From positions 3,162,001-3,226,000 of the forward strand of contig CM075991.1 in the NCBI GenBank assembly GCA_038087875.1: a stretch of DNA of 64,000 bases, written 5' to 3'. The notes below the pieces were generated by a model that worked only from the letters and a program-made list of their open reading frames with translations, did not search any database and was not told where the DNA came from. Positions 13,210 to 25,111 of the stretch are shown here, one piece after another. Origin of the DNA: Malacoraja senta. Lineage: Eukaryota. Position 1 is the first letter of the stretch; each line of letters opens with the position of its first letter. A program made the position numbers and the translations under genes.

Positions 13210-13596
13210 TATACAATTATGGTGAAATGTGGCCCTTTTTGATTTTTACCCTGGATTTGTCTGCCTGCCATTTTTTCTTTTCACCTTGCTACCTATTGCT
13301 TCCACCCTCATTTTACACCCCTCTGTCTCTCTGCTCACACATTTAAGAAACCCACCACCTCTTATTCTCTGTTTATTATTTTTTTCTTCTTTCCCCCTAC
13401 ATGTTGTGTCTGAGTGCTTCCCTTCTCTGCCTCCTGCCTCACACACTGTCTACTAGCTTTCTCTATTTGAGTCCCTCCCCCCAACCGTTCTAGTTTAAAG
13501 TCTCCCCAGTAGCCTTTGCAAATCTCCCCGCCAGGATATTGGTCCCCCTCGGGTTCAAGTGCAACCCGTCCTTTTTGTACAGGTCACACCTTCCCC
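13210..13596 (-). mobile_element. CR1 LINE (host copy, 5' part, truncated in the ORF1 esterase)
   Basis: Continues ...CTTATAC|AATTATG.. from 8107 (compare the uninterrupted copy at 28011-28030); encodes DLYKKDGLHLNPRG. Confidence 0.9.
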
Positions 13597-13908
13597 TATA
13601 ACCCTTTGTGCGTGAGAGATTGATTGGCTGTTTTAATAAACTTATTTTATCGAGGTTGTGCCAGATATGCACAATGCAACTTGCAACTATTTACCCCAGG
13701 GGAAATTGTAGGGTCTGTGGTCAAAAACATTCCACCGACATTGAATAAACAGGGCGGGGGAAGGAGGTGGAGAAAAATAACATCGGTGGAGACCAGACTG
13801 GAACCCTGCTGATCATAACGCCACGTTTGAGTTTCACCCCCAGAGGAATCATCTTTAGATTATTCATACAGTTGTTTCTAATACTACCGTGCTTCATATC
13901 TTTCTCAG

Positions 13909-14220
13909 ATCACAGAGTGCCAAGATTGGTATCCAAAGATGACCAGTGCTCGGGAAGACTGGAGGTGCAATATGGTGAAACCTGGGGAACCGTGTGCGAC
14001 CTGCACTGGGATATGGATGATGCCAACGTGGTGTGCAATGAGCTTCAATGCGGAGTCGCTGTATCTGTGCTGGGAGGGGCTTATTTCGGAGAAGGAACTG
14101 GGATTGTGCGGAACGATGTCTTTAGATGTCAGGGTAATGAGTCAAGCCTTTGGCACTGCCCCCGTTCTTCAGGAACTCGTCATTGCAACCACGGGAATGA
14201 TGTCGGTGTGATCTGTTCAG
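13909..14220 (+). CDS. CD163/WC1-like receptor, SRCR exon 1 visible (8 Cys, b-type-like)
   Basis: tttctcag|AT..TCAG|gtgagt, 312 bp, phase 1; PRLV..CSGRLEV..WGTVCD..GGAYFGEG..VGVICS. Confidence 0.95.
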
Positions 14221-15399
14221 GTGAGTGCCGCCTTTGGGGGAAATATGTTTAACCTCAATTGCACTGAAACACAGAGATCGGTTGTTGGAATTTATTTTAA
14301 GAAGGGCTTATACAAATGCTTCGATGCAATTCAGCGCCATGTCATTTTGATGCGATAAGTTTCTCAATGTGGAGTGAGGAAGGGGGAAATTAAGAATACC
14401 TACTTTAGGTGACTTCCATGCGCGGAAACAGGAATCCGCCAGCAAATCCGGACAGATCTGCTAATTGATAAAAATGAATGCAGAACAATTCAAGTTGATT
14501 GTGAACAAATGTACCCCTGCATTGAATCTCAGTGTTGTGAGTGGAGAGTTTGGTGTTAAAAGAGCAGCCATGACCGGCTGAAGAGGTGAGGGAGTCGAAC
14601 ACAAACGTACTGCCGATGATGCTGGCGACGAGGACATTACTGACGATGAAACTCTGTACAACACATAGAAAGGGATGCAAGAACGATGCATGAGGATAAA
14701 ACATCGGATTTATCCTGAGATTTCTTAACTTGGTTCGGAATGAATTTTGGTCATGCAGCATTTTTATAAAAAACTGAAGGAGTTCGGACTGGAAAAGTCG
14801 CCTATCAATTCCTCCACAGATGCTGCTCGACCCGCTTAATCACTCCAACACTTTGATTTTTGCACTGGGTCAAGTGTAGTTTTTTTACAATTCTTGAGAG
14901 AAGATGTTCTTGCCTCCTGTATAACGTTATGTCTCAACCAAAGGCCGTCATGGTAGTGAAACATCCGAAGCCATCAGTATTCCAGACGGGATCTCAACCT
15001 ACTTCATCGAAACAAGGAACTGCAGATGCTGTTTTTTGTTAAGGCACAAAGTGCTGGAGTAACTCCACGGGGTTGGCAGCATCCCCGAAGAACATGGATA
15101 GGTTAAATTTCAAGTCGGGACCCTTCTTCAGACTGTTTATGGGGTGGGAGGGGGTGCAGGGGGGTAGCGGGTGGGAATTCTTTGGGTCTCTGATTGAGGA
15201 AAATCCGGAGAGCCTTGAGACCTTCCTGGTGAGGGAGATGTGAAGGGACCTGACCTGCACGGTAAAGATAGGACATAGGACATTTATTGTCACATACACC
15301 AGTTGGTGTAGTGAAATTTGAGTTGCCATTGCAGCACACAGATAAGATAAACATAACACTATGGAATTTAACATTAAACATAAAAGACATCCCCCCACA

Positions 15400-15792
15400 G
15401 GGGATCTCATTGAAACATATAAGATTGTTAAGGGTTTGGACACGCTAGAGGCAGGAAACATGTTCCCGATGTTGGGGGAGTCCAGAACCAAGGGCCACAG
15501 TTTAAGAATAAGGAGTAAGCCATTTAGAACGGAGACGAGGAAACACTTTTTCTCACAGAGAGTGGTGAGTCTGTGGAATTCTCCGCCTCAGATGGCGATG
15601 GAGGCGGGTTCTCTGGATGCTTCGAAGAGAGAGCTGGATAGGGCTCTTAAAAATAGCGGAGTCCGGGGATATGGGGAGAAGGCAAGAACGGGGTACTGAT
15701 TGGGGATGATCAGCCATGATCACATTGAATGGCGGTGCTGGCTCGAAGGGCCGAATGGTCTACTCCTGCACCTATTGTCTATTGTCTATTGA
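15400..15792 (+). mobile_element. CR1 LINE 3' fragment
   Basis: DLIETYKIVKGLD..WNSPPQ C-terminus plus TATTGTC tail. Confidence 0.9.
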
Positions 15793-16021
15793 CTTGTATC
15801 TCTTGTGTTGTAAACTGATGATCCCGTCACACCGATGTAAAAAAAACGTTGTGGCATTGAATATAATTCAATATTATATTATTGAAATATCACTGCACAC
15901 TCACACTTGGAAGGCAGCCATGTCAGAAAGTGAAAACAGTAAACAAATCTTCCAATTTCACTACTGTACCTTTATTTTTCAGAGTAATTAACTGCCTTCA
16001 CGTTTTTTTAAACTAAAACAG

Positions 16022-16336
16022 GGAACCATGGACCACGACTGGTGGGTGGGAAGAACAGATGTTCTGGCCGGGTGGAAGTTGTACACGGAGACAAGTGGGG
16101 GACAGTTTGTGATCAATACTTCAGCTTGGATGCTGCCGGCGTGGTCTGTGAACACCTACAGTGCGGGGCAGTGGCCGCAACTCCCGGAGGTGCTCACTTT
16201 GGCGAAGGAACCGGCCCCGTGTGGAAGGAAAACTATCGTTGTCTGGGGAACGAGTCCCGATTAACTGATTGTCCAGTCTCAGCCTGGGATCAGATTAGCT
16301 GTTCGCACAGAAACGACGCCGGTCTCATCTGCTCAG
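16022..16336 (+). CDS. CD163/WC1-like receptor, SRCR exon 2 (8 Cys, CD163 SRCR5-like)
   Basis: aaacag|GG..TCAG|gtgagt, 315 bp; PRLVGG..CSGRVEVVHGDKWGTVCD..FSLDAA..GGAHFGEG. Confidence 0.95.
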
Positions 16337-17240
16337 GTGAGTCACCAAAGTCCTTTGTGCGGAAAAGTAGAGGTGTTGTAGAGATGTTCACAGGAGTGAC
16401 TTTTCTTAACAATTTAATGAATCTGGCATATTGTGGCAACCAACTTTGTTTTATTTTCAGAGGGACGTCAGTTGTCTTTCATCTCTCCCCCACTGGTAGG
16501 TAGCGGGGTCATTTCAGTGCTATGACCTGTCGATAGACTGAACTTGAGCGCGTAGTGCAGAATTCTGAAGTTTAGCAATAAAGTTCTTCCTAGAAAGGGA
16601 CTAGAACGATGGCGATCTCGGCGATCGGATTCTAATTATCGACATGCCACTGAAATACACAGGCACTCATTCTCTCCAGAGATGCTGCCTGTGCCGCTGA
16701 GTTACTCCCGCATCCTGTGCCTATCTTCCGTGTAAACCAGCATCTGCAGTTCCTTCCTACATATAAATAAATGATATTTGCAGCACCAATGTGTCATGGG
16801 TTTCACTTTGGATGCGCGATTAGACGTTTTGTGACCTTAAAGTGGGCGAGTAAGAGGAGAGACTGGCACGGTTTCGCGGGTTTTCAATGTAGAATTAGAA
16901 ACGGGAAATCCATTATTTAACGAGGTTTTTTTTGACTCACTGAACACTTACCATTACTGATAGAGAACAAAAATAAAGGAACACTTCCACAAGACACCGC
17001 CCACTTTCTGGAAAAGCCACCTGCGAGTCTCGCCGAGCGTTTTGCATTCAGTTCTGATCAGTATATTAGCTATTTGATGAATGGGTGACTATCGTTTACT
17101 GGTGTTTCTTCAATAGACTGCTGTTTTTCTTGTTGCTGGATCCGGCTCTCTATGTTGGACACATATATTACTCGGTGTGCTTTTCCGTGTACGCAGAGGA
17201 AAGTGACCGGTGCTGTTTATCTGCCGAGACGACATGTAGT

Positions 17241-17630
17241 TTCTTGGTTTCCTGGTTTCCCGGTCCTCCAAAAATATTCCAAGTGGAATTTAAACCGGAG
17301 GTGGAGGAGGGTGGACTTCAGCAAAAAAGGGTTCTTGGAGAAAGAGCTACCTTAAATTTAGTTGCGGCTGGTTGGGTAACTATGGGAGGGTGAAGACTAT
17401 TCCATGCTTTAATTGTGCGGGGGAAGAATGAATTGCTGCACACATTTGTCTTGGTAGCAGGTATCTCAAATTGGATCGAATGCCCTCGTCTGCTCCTAAT
17501 AATTTTGGTGTAGGTTTGGTAATCTATATCGAACTCAACATTTAACATTTTGTAAAAGCAGGTCAAACGGTGAGCTTTACGTCTGTCTTGGAGAAGGTTC
17601 CATCCCAGTGAATTCAGAAGTTTGGTAATG
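17241..17630 (-). mobile_element. 3' fragment of a CR1/L2-group LINE
   Basis: C-terminal motif SFFPRTIKAWNSL in ORF 17318..17566. Confidence 0.75.
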
Positions 17631-17760
17631 TGGGCAATATGTGGGCAACTGTGTCAGCAAACAACCCTTACAACTAGTAGCTGACCAGCTACATGTTGAT
17701 AATGTATGGAATGTTTTGGCTTCAGTTTCAAAATTTCAGTCAACCTGTTTCGTTTTGTAG

Positions 17761-18075
17761 ATGAGAGTTGGTCTCTGAGGCTGAGCAATGGGGGCAGCCG
17801 CTGCGACGGCCAAGTGGAGGTTTACCACAATGGCAGCTGGGGGCGAGTACAGGATCGCTCCTGGGACATCAATGATTCCAACGTGGTCTGCAGAGAGTTG
17901 GGCTGCGGCTCCGCCATATTCGCCTACAATTCCTCAAGGTACGGAAAGAGTGAGCTGCCCGTGTGGGTGAACGACGTTCACTGTGAAGGGGACGAAGCGC
18001 AACTCCGAAATTGCAGCACATTTATCATGAATCCGTTTCTCACTGACAGCAACGGCGTTGGGGTCCTGTGTTCAG
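17761..18075 (+). CDS. CD163/WC1-like receptor, SRCR exon 3 (6 Cys, lacks C2/C7)
   Basis: ttttgtag|AT..TCAG|gtgaat, 315 bp; WGRVQD replaces WGTVCD and there is no Cys before the final GVLCS. Confidence 0.92.
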
Positions 18076-19124
18076 GTGAATATTGTTACAAAGTTTGAAA
18101 TAAAAAATGATAAACTTTGTGAAAGATTAATAATGAGAAGGAAGTTCGAGTTGTAGAGGTATGTAGATCGGCATCTGGCTCTTGGGCTCATAATTTCCGC
18201 GCCAATAATCAAATCCCCTTTTGCAAGATGTTCATTGTGTTCTCCCGACAACTGCCACCCCCAGACTACAATTCACTTACACACTGGGGACAATATACAA
18301 TGGCAGGCGATGGTGAGGAGTGGAGCGTGTGAAGAAGTCTACACAAGAAACGCCCTGGTGTGGTGTGGAACAACACCGGGGGCATTTCCGAGGGACAGCT
18401 CGTGGTTTTGCCGGGCTGGCTCCAGACGGGGATTTCGGGGCCTGCTTCCAATGAGCAATTCTAGGCGAGCGGGGTTTATCCCGGGCGTCATCACCCCGGT
18501 CTCACCGAGTTCTCACCCCCATTGTGAACGGACAGTCGGGCGCTTTGACAACAAGCCACAGCGCCATGTTGGTCGCTTCCCCACCGTCTGGTCCACCCCT
18601 TCGCCTGACAGCCCTGGCGGCTGAGCGCCCCCGAGTGGAGACATGGGGAGCCCATGGGCCAGACCCTGAAAACATCCGGTTTTATATGAATAATCTACAG
18701 CCACCGAGTGACATGGGCGATGCTTGCCACTGTGAACCGAGTGTGGTCCTGAGGGCTGTTCCTCGAACCAAGAAATCGGTCGCTAGGGTCACCCAGCTGG
18801 GATGGTCGTGATGTCCATGTATGTATCTCTGCAGGGTTTGAAGTCGGAGAGTCAGTCTGTGGGTTCAGACCGTAACCAACACGCCGAGTCTTCCAGCATT
18901 TTATGTTTCAACTTGTACTTTAGATTTTCTCTGAGCTATATCTGAGCTAAATGTAAAATTCTTGTAAATATTATTGCTCAAGCAGATTCAGAAATTCTGA
19001 CCAAGTGACACACATAATGTGCAATGACATAGGGGACCCCCTGTTTTATCTTCTTCCCCTCAGTTATCGGGCTTATGAACGGTCCTTCCTTAAGCTAGGA
19101 TACTGTCCGATTCACCTCCACCCT

Positions 19125-19535
19125 GGAATTTAGAAGGATGAGAGGGTATCTTATTGAAACATGTGAGATTGTTAAGGTTTGTACACGCTAGTGAGGAAAC
19201 ATGTTCCCGATGATGGGGGAGTCCAGAACCACGTGCCACAGTTTCAGAATAAGGTGTAAGCCATTTAGAAAGGAGATGAGGAAACACTTTTTTCACACAG
19301 AGAGTTGTGAGTCTGTGGAATTCTTTGCCTCAAAGGGCGGTGGTGGCCAGTTCTCTGGAAACTTTCAAGAGAGAGCTAGATAGGGCTCTTGAAGTTAGCG
19401 GAGTCAAGGATGTGGGGAAAAGGCAGGAACGGGGTACTGATTGTGGATGATCAGCCATGATCACATTTAATGACGGTGCTGGCTTGAAGGGCCGAATGGC
19501 CTACTCCTGCACCCATTGTCTATTGTCTATTGTCT
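19125..19535 (+). mobile_element. CR1 LINE 3' fragment
   Basis: LEFRRMRG..MFPMMGESRT and CR1 3' UTR with TATTGTC tail. Confidence 0.88.
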
Positions 19536-19766
19536 ACCCCATTGAGGACTTTGGACTTTGTTGATAGAACTGGTGCATAGAACTGGTTGATAGAACTGGT
19601 GATAGAATTCTGTATTTTCCCGTTGCTCTATCTATTGTACTTGAGTTTGGCTTGTTTTTATTTATGTATAGTATCAATTGATCCGATTAGATTGGATGCA
19701 AATGTTGATCATTATACACAATAATAACCTAAACCTTTGATCAACTTCCTTGTTGTTATTCAACAG

Positions 19767-20081
19767 ACCACCGCCGATTACGACTGACCGGGGGTGGAAG
19801 TACATGTGCTGGACGACTGGAGCTTTATTACCACGGGTCTTGGGGCACAGTTTGTAATGACTTATGGGATCTGCTTGATGATAATGTGGTCTGCAGGCAG
19901 CTGGGTTGTGGATATGCTTTGCAAGATAAACCTCTTGGATACTGTGGAGGAAGTCGTGGTCCTATTTGGTTGGATGAAGTAAGATGCTCGGGTAACGAAT
20001 CATATCTCTGGGAGTGTCCCTCCGCACCACTGGGTGAACACGATTGCAGTCATAAAGAAGACGTGACAGTGAAGTGTTCTG
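19767..20081 (+). CDS. CD163/WC1-like receptor, SRCR exon 4 (9 Cys)
   Basis: caacag|AC..TCTG|gtaagg, 315 bp; LRLTGGGSTCAGRLE..WGTVCND..IWLDEVRC..HDCSHKED. Confidence 0.95.
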
Positions 20082-20314
20082 GTAAGGGTACCTTCAATCT
20101 GCTGAATCCCTGCAGCATGGGATGGGAGGATTCATTCCAGAGATGTAATAAATAATTTACAGCATCCAAAGGGAGCATTGACTGCGGGTAACGGTGCAGA
20201 GGCTTCACTCTGAGGAAGTTGTCACCCACTCAACATCAAACTCATTCCGCGCGCAGCTCTGTTGATTTCTCTATCAGCAGTTTCCTAGGTCCACGGAAGT
20301 TAGAACAAACAACA

Positions 20315-20800
20315 GTGCGGCGCACAAACAGGCCTTTCTGCCCACAATACCGCGCCGCACATAATGCCAAGTTGAACTAATCTGCTCTGCCTGTCCTTGT
20401 TCTTCCCTTCCATTCCCCGTATATGTATATGCCGATGGAAAAGCCTTCTAAATGTCAATATTCTATCTCCCTCCACGCCAACCCTGGCAGCATGTTTCAG
20501 GCACCCGCCACTCCCTGTGTGAGAAACTAGTCACGGACATCTTCTTTAATCTTTGCCTCTCTCACCGTAAAGCTCTGCCCTCTCGTCATTAATAATTGCG
20601 CCTCTATTCAAGCTGTTCTGCGCCCACTTCAACGCCTCCACATTCTTCCTGGAACGGGGCGACCAGGACTGCACACAGTACAGCAAATGCGCCCTAACCT
20701 AATTAAAGCTGAAACGTAACTTCCTGACTCTTATACTCATTTCCCCGGACAGAGGATGGCAAGCATACCTAACGCCTTCTTTACAACTCTACCTCATTGT
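20315..20800 (-). mobile_element. Old CR1-type LINE 3' fragment
   Basis: Degenerate similarity to CR1 ORF2 C-terminus and 3' UTR (e.g. GACCAGGACTGCACACAGTAC). Confidence 0.6.
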
Positions 20801-22095
20801 GTGCCTACAGTCGTCTACAATTCCAGAAACGTCTTTCGTAAAACGCACGTTTGCGTTGAATATCAACTCCCTCACATTATAACCTGCAATGTGAGCATCT
20901 ATCAATGAGGAACATATCCCCTTTCAAATGTATTTGGATATACAGATAATTTAGATTTGGATTTAAATTTTATTTGAATATACAAATAATTAATGTTACA
21001 AGCTCAAGTTCACGCATTTTTATCTTTCGGGAAACGGAAGGATAGACCATCCAGATTCCACGATTATGCACTTGATGTAATACACTTATAATGGGTATTA
21101 TGACTGAATCGTCATTTCGACGTGCTGGAAAATTATTTTTACTCATGAAATTCTGCCAATTTCACTTTCAGCCTTTAACTCTCGAAATTATTCTCCCATA
21201 AATTTTCACAATTGGATTTCTCGTATTGCGTGCTGTGATTTTAATCATGATTCTACATAACCTACCTATTGAAACCGATAGATCCAAATTATATGCCATG
21301 CAGCTTCTAAACGTCCATGTCCGCTCTGTGGTACACGCATGTTTCAAGAAAAATTCCTAGACCGCAAAACATTTGGAAACTGGTTAATGTCCTAAAACAA
21401 ATCTGACCCCCAAATACTGACAGATAGGAACGACAGTTCCCATACATTCAGAGAGAAACAAAGAAACACCTAACGATGAGAAATTCGTTATTGAGTGCGG
21501 TGGAACTTCAAATTCCCAGGCGGAGACGGAACGTGGTACCTCGAGCTTCTATTGCGACGGAGTTTACAATGAAGGAGGTCACAGAGAGAAGGGACAGAGT
21601 ATGAGTGGGAATTTGGTGGCGGATTAGAAGAAAGGACCAGCGGGTCGTGAAGTGAGCGTTCCCGTTGAAGTGTTAAACCGTGGGGTTTCTTCACGAACGA
21701 TTCTAGAATCATTGACCAATTATTGCCGTTGTTATTTCTGGAATCACGGCTCGCGTCCCCTCAACATGGACAAGAACAATGTTTCCTCGTTCATTTAACT
21801 TCCATCCCACCAGTATCCACTTTCAGTGTTTGATCTTCCGCAATTTCCCACAACTCCAACAACATTTCACCGCCAGATGCATATTCCCCTCCACTTTCGG
21901 CAATTTGACTGAACAGCTCACTTTGTGATTACCTGACGCAGTTATTTTTCCCAACTAAACCTCGCTGATGAGTGTTTTCCGGCGATTTGTTGTTTTGTTA
22001 AACTAGATGCGCCTTTTTGTTCAGCGACAAAGAATCTTTGCTGGCTGTTGATGGAAACATTGTGATAATCTATATATTACCCGCTTCGTTCACAG

Positions 22096-22413
22096 AGCAC
22101 AAAGAGATGCGCCTTGTGAACGGTGGGCATCGATGTGAAGGGAGAGTGGAAGTGCGGTACAACGGGACATGGGGGACAGTGTGCTCCGAGAAGTTTCACA
22201 GAAAGGATGCGGAAGTGATCTGTAAACAAGTAAAATGTGGACCTCTCATATCTATTGATTATGACGCCTGGACATTTGGAGCGGGTTCTGGGCCCATATG
22301 GCTCGATGAGATGGAATGTAATTCGCACGAGTCGACCCTTTGGCAGTGTCAGTCAGACCCTTGGGGGAAACACAACTGTCGCCACGGGGAGGATGTAGGT
22401 GTTGCATGTGAAG
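22096..22413 (+). CDS. CD163/WC1-like receptor, SRCR exon 5 (8 Cys)
   Basis: ttcacag|AG..GAAG|gtaaca, 318 bp; MRLVNGGHRCEGRVEV..WGTVCS..IWLDEMEC..HNCRHGEDVGVAC. Confidence 0.95.
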
Positions 22414-22661
22414 GTAACACAATAAATAAATCATATGGCGGCTGACATATTAAACCTGAATGTATAAAACCGTCAGCATCCACCTCTTCTCCACAGATGC
22501 CGAAATGCCAGAGAGATCCAGTGGAAAGGCCTGTGACGAAGGAAATGAATCTCAATCTCGCCGTTTACCAGGCGAGTCATTTTATTAATTTTAGCATCAG
22601 CCTGACGTCAATTCCGGATGTGTATTTAACGCATAATAAGTGATTATTTTTAACTTTACAG

Positions 22662-22973
22662 ATCTACCACTGCGGCTTGATGGCGGCAGCAACAATTGCT
22701 CCGGAAGGGTTCAGTTATTGTTCAACAACAGCTGGGGCACAGTGTGTGATGACTCCTGGGATGTTACCGATGCCAATGTCGTCTGCAGACAGTTGGGATG
22801 TGGCGCTGCTCGTTGGACTCCAGGAGCGGCTCCCATTGCCCCAGTCTCCGGGGATATCTGGCTGGATGAAGTCAAATGCACAGGAAGTGAATCATTCCTG
22901 TCCCGTTGTCTGGCATCACCGATCGGTCAGCATGACTGTGATCACAAGGAGGATGTCATTGTTATTTGTTCCG
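22662..22973 (+). CDS. CD163/WC1-like receptor, membrane-proximal SRCR exon 6 (d'-like)
   Basis: tttacag|AT..TCCG|gtacgt, 312 bp; WGTVCDDSWD..VVCRQLGCG..IWLDEVKC..HDCDHKED. Confidence 0.95.
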
Positions 22974-24510
22974 GTACGTCTTGGTCGACAGATTCCTGGA
23001 TCATTATAACACTTTAAAATCACAATTAAATGTGATTTTTAGTTTCTTTAATGCAGAAAACCTAATTAGATTAAGTTGATAAAATGTGTTTGCAATAATG
23101 TTCACAGGTCCAGTTTTGACTCCCACTGGCTCCAGCATTTCAGGTATTTATTATTCACGCGATGTTGATGTTTAGAATTCCAATCTTTGCTGACAATGCT
23201 GATACTCGCTGTGTACGATTTGCTAATTACTAAAGTACACGATGGATAGTTTACACATTGTTTAGCCCAGTATTCGAACCAGTCTTGTAAACTTCTAAAA
23301 CTGTGTGTCCAACTCCAGCCAAAATATCTTTGTGACGTCACAGAATGCGGACGTCCGCATTGTTGTCCGCCCTCGACACCCCCAATAAAGTGGCGATCAG
23401 CTGCCTCAATGAAAGGCGGCAGTTGGTAGAATTTCTATGCGCTTTTCGGTTAGGATTACTGATTTTAGAGTAGCGGCTATTAATGAATTCCTATCATGTG
23501 TTGGAACCAAGATAAGTTGTGACGTTGAGAAGAATTTGTCGGTGTCATTATTCCTAACTGACGGTTGCATTTCGATCCAGTGGAGAAAAGGGTTCGCTCT
23601 TTTATAAAGTATTGTCGAAATACCCCTGATGACTTACTCTTAGTGCATATCATACATGTTCGGCCCTTTGTAACAAGCATCATCCCGAGCAAAACGATGT
23701 CAACATTTAGGACATGCACTTCTTGGTGTCAGTATTCCTCTGATTTGGATTTTATGACACCGGGTGTGTGCCGAGCTCTGTGGATACACATTATGTTTGA
23801 ATATAATTATGTATCTGCTAGTTGGATACAGGGCGCCACTGGTTAGGAATCAGGACTTTCCGATATGTTCTGTATTCATCCCGTTCTGCCCAGCACGACA
23901 GAGAATTCCGTTGATTTCACCACATCTCTTTGTGCCGTCATAACCCCTGTGTAGTGGGCATCGGCAGGAAAATGTAAAACAAAACGTCAACGGCAGAGCA
24001 CTAATTATGAGTGTTATAGCTTGTCTTGTTTTCATTAAACTAGTTCACTCGACTCCGAAAATGTATCCTATTCGAGTTCCTCTATCGCGAGATGCTTGGT
24101 GATGATCATTGAATCACACAACCTATTTGCAGACGCGGCTAATCTGGGGATATTTTTATGTATTCTTGAACGGGCAATCGTTCCAAATCCAGAATTGTGA
24201 GTGGAAACCAAAATAACTTGCTTCGGTCGAGTTTGTTCTCCATGGCATGAGAAATCACGCAGCCTGCAGCCAATGGGGACCACTATGCAAGGGATAGTCC
24301 TGATAAACCAGGCCTGATTGAGAATTAGTCTTTTTATTGGTTTCCACTCACGTGTTAATCTGCTGCAATGCCCCAGAGGATTATTGGGAACATTCGTGTC
24401 GAAGGAAGATGCACAATCAGAGGTGAAAATTAATCAAAGTTCGCTGCGCCTGCTTTAACTATGGAGCTACAACGTCTGTTATGAAGTTATCCCTGAAATT
24501 TGTATTTCAG

Positions 24511-24627
24511 TGTTGGGGAATAAGATGCCCTCTATGATTGTTGTCGCCTGTATAACCCTTGGAATCGTCCTCATCGGTGAATTACTCGCACTGATGATGA
24601 TAACACGGAGACGGGCAGCAAAAAGAG
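24511..24627 (+). CDS. CD163/WC1-like receptor, transmembrane exon
   Basis: atttcag|TG..AGAG|gtgagg, 117 bp, phase 1; MIVVACITLGIVLIGELLALMMIT followed by basic stop-transfer RRRAAKR. Confidence 0.9.
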
Positions 24628-25111
24628 GTGAGGTTCAACTTTACACAATTATTGTTGCGGATAGTATTTCACAACTCAGTGAGACTCCGGTTCCAACCAC
24701 TTTTCCCAAAGTTATTGCATTATTAAATAAGTATATTTTGTAACTCTTTAAATGGTTCTATTCAAATTCTCCATTTGTAGTAACAGAATGGAAAGGTTAA
24801 TGGTTTCTTGTTGGATGCCTGCTCGATTGGTCACGTGACCGACGTTCAAATATCTGTTCAACATTTGGCTCATTTCACTAATGCGAACCCGCTGCAGAAC
24901 CTCCAACATTCTGATTAGATTCTATTCATCACATCAAGATGTTGCACTTTCCTCACGTTTAATGAACTAGGACTTCCTTATTCCCCATCTCTTAACATTC
25001 ATTTGATGCAACGCAATCCTTATCTCTCACTTATCTGTCACTTCCTAAATTGACAAATCTGCGGAAATTTCAATTTCTCGTCACCGTCCGCCACACTGCT
25101 GCTATCTGCAC

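Noticed and set aside
14570..14670. Acidic mini-ORF (ADDAGDEDITDDETLY*) resembling the receptor tail
   Set aside because: Short, no convincing in-phase acceptor, and the similarity is low-complexity.
18270..18810. CpG-rich intronic block as a promoter or gene
   Set aside because: No recognisable protein or splice structure; more likely the 5' region of an unclassified retroelement, which could not be supported further.
13767..22973. DMBT1 or SSC5D assignment for the SRCR exons
   Set aside because: No SID repeats, CUB or ZP exons; a TM exon and Tyr-motif tail follow, and the domains are diverse b/e/d-like types.
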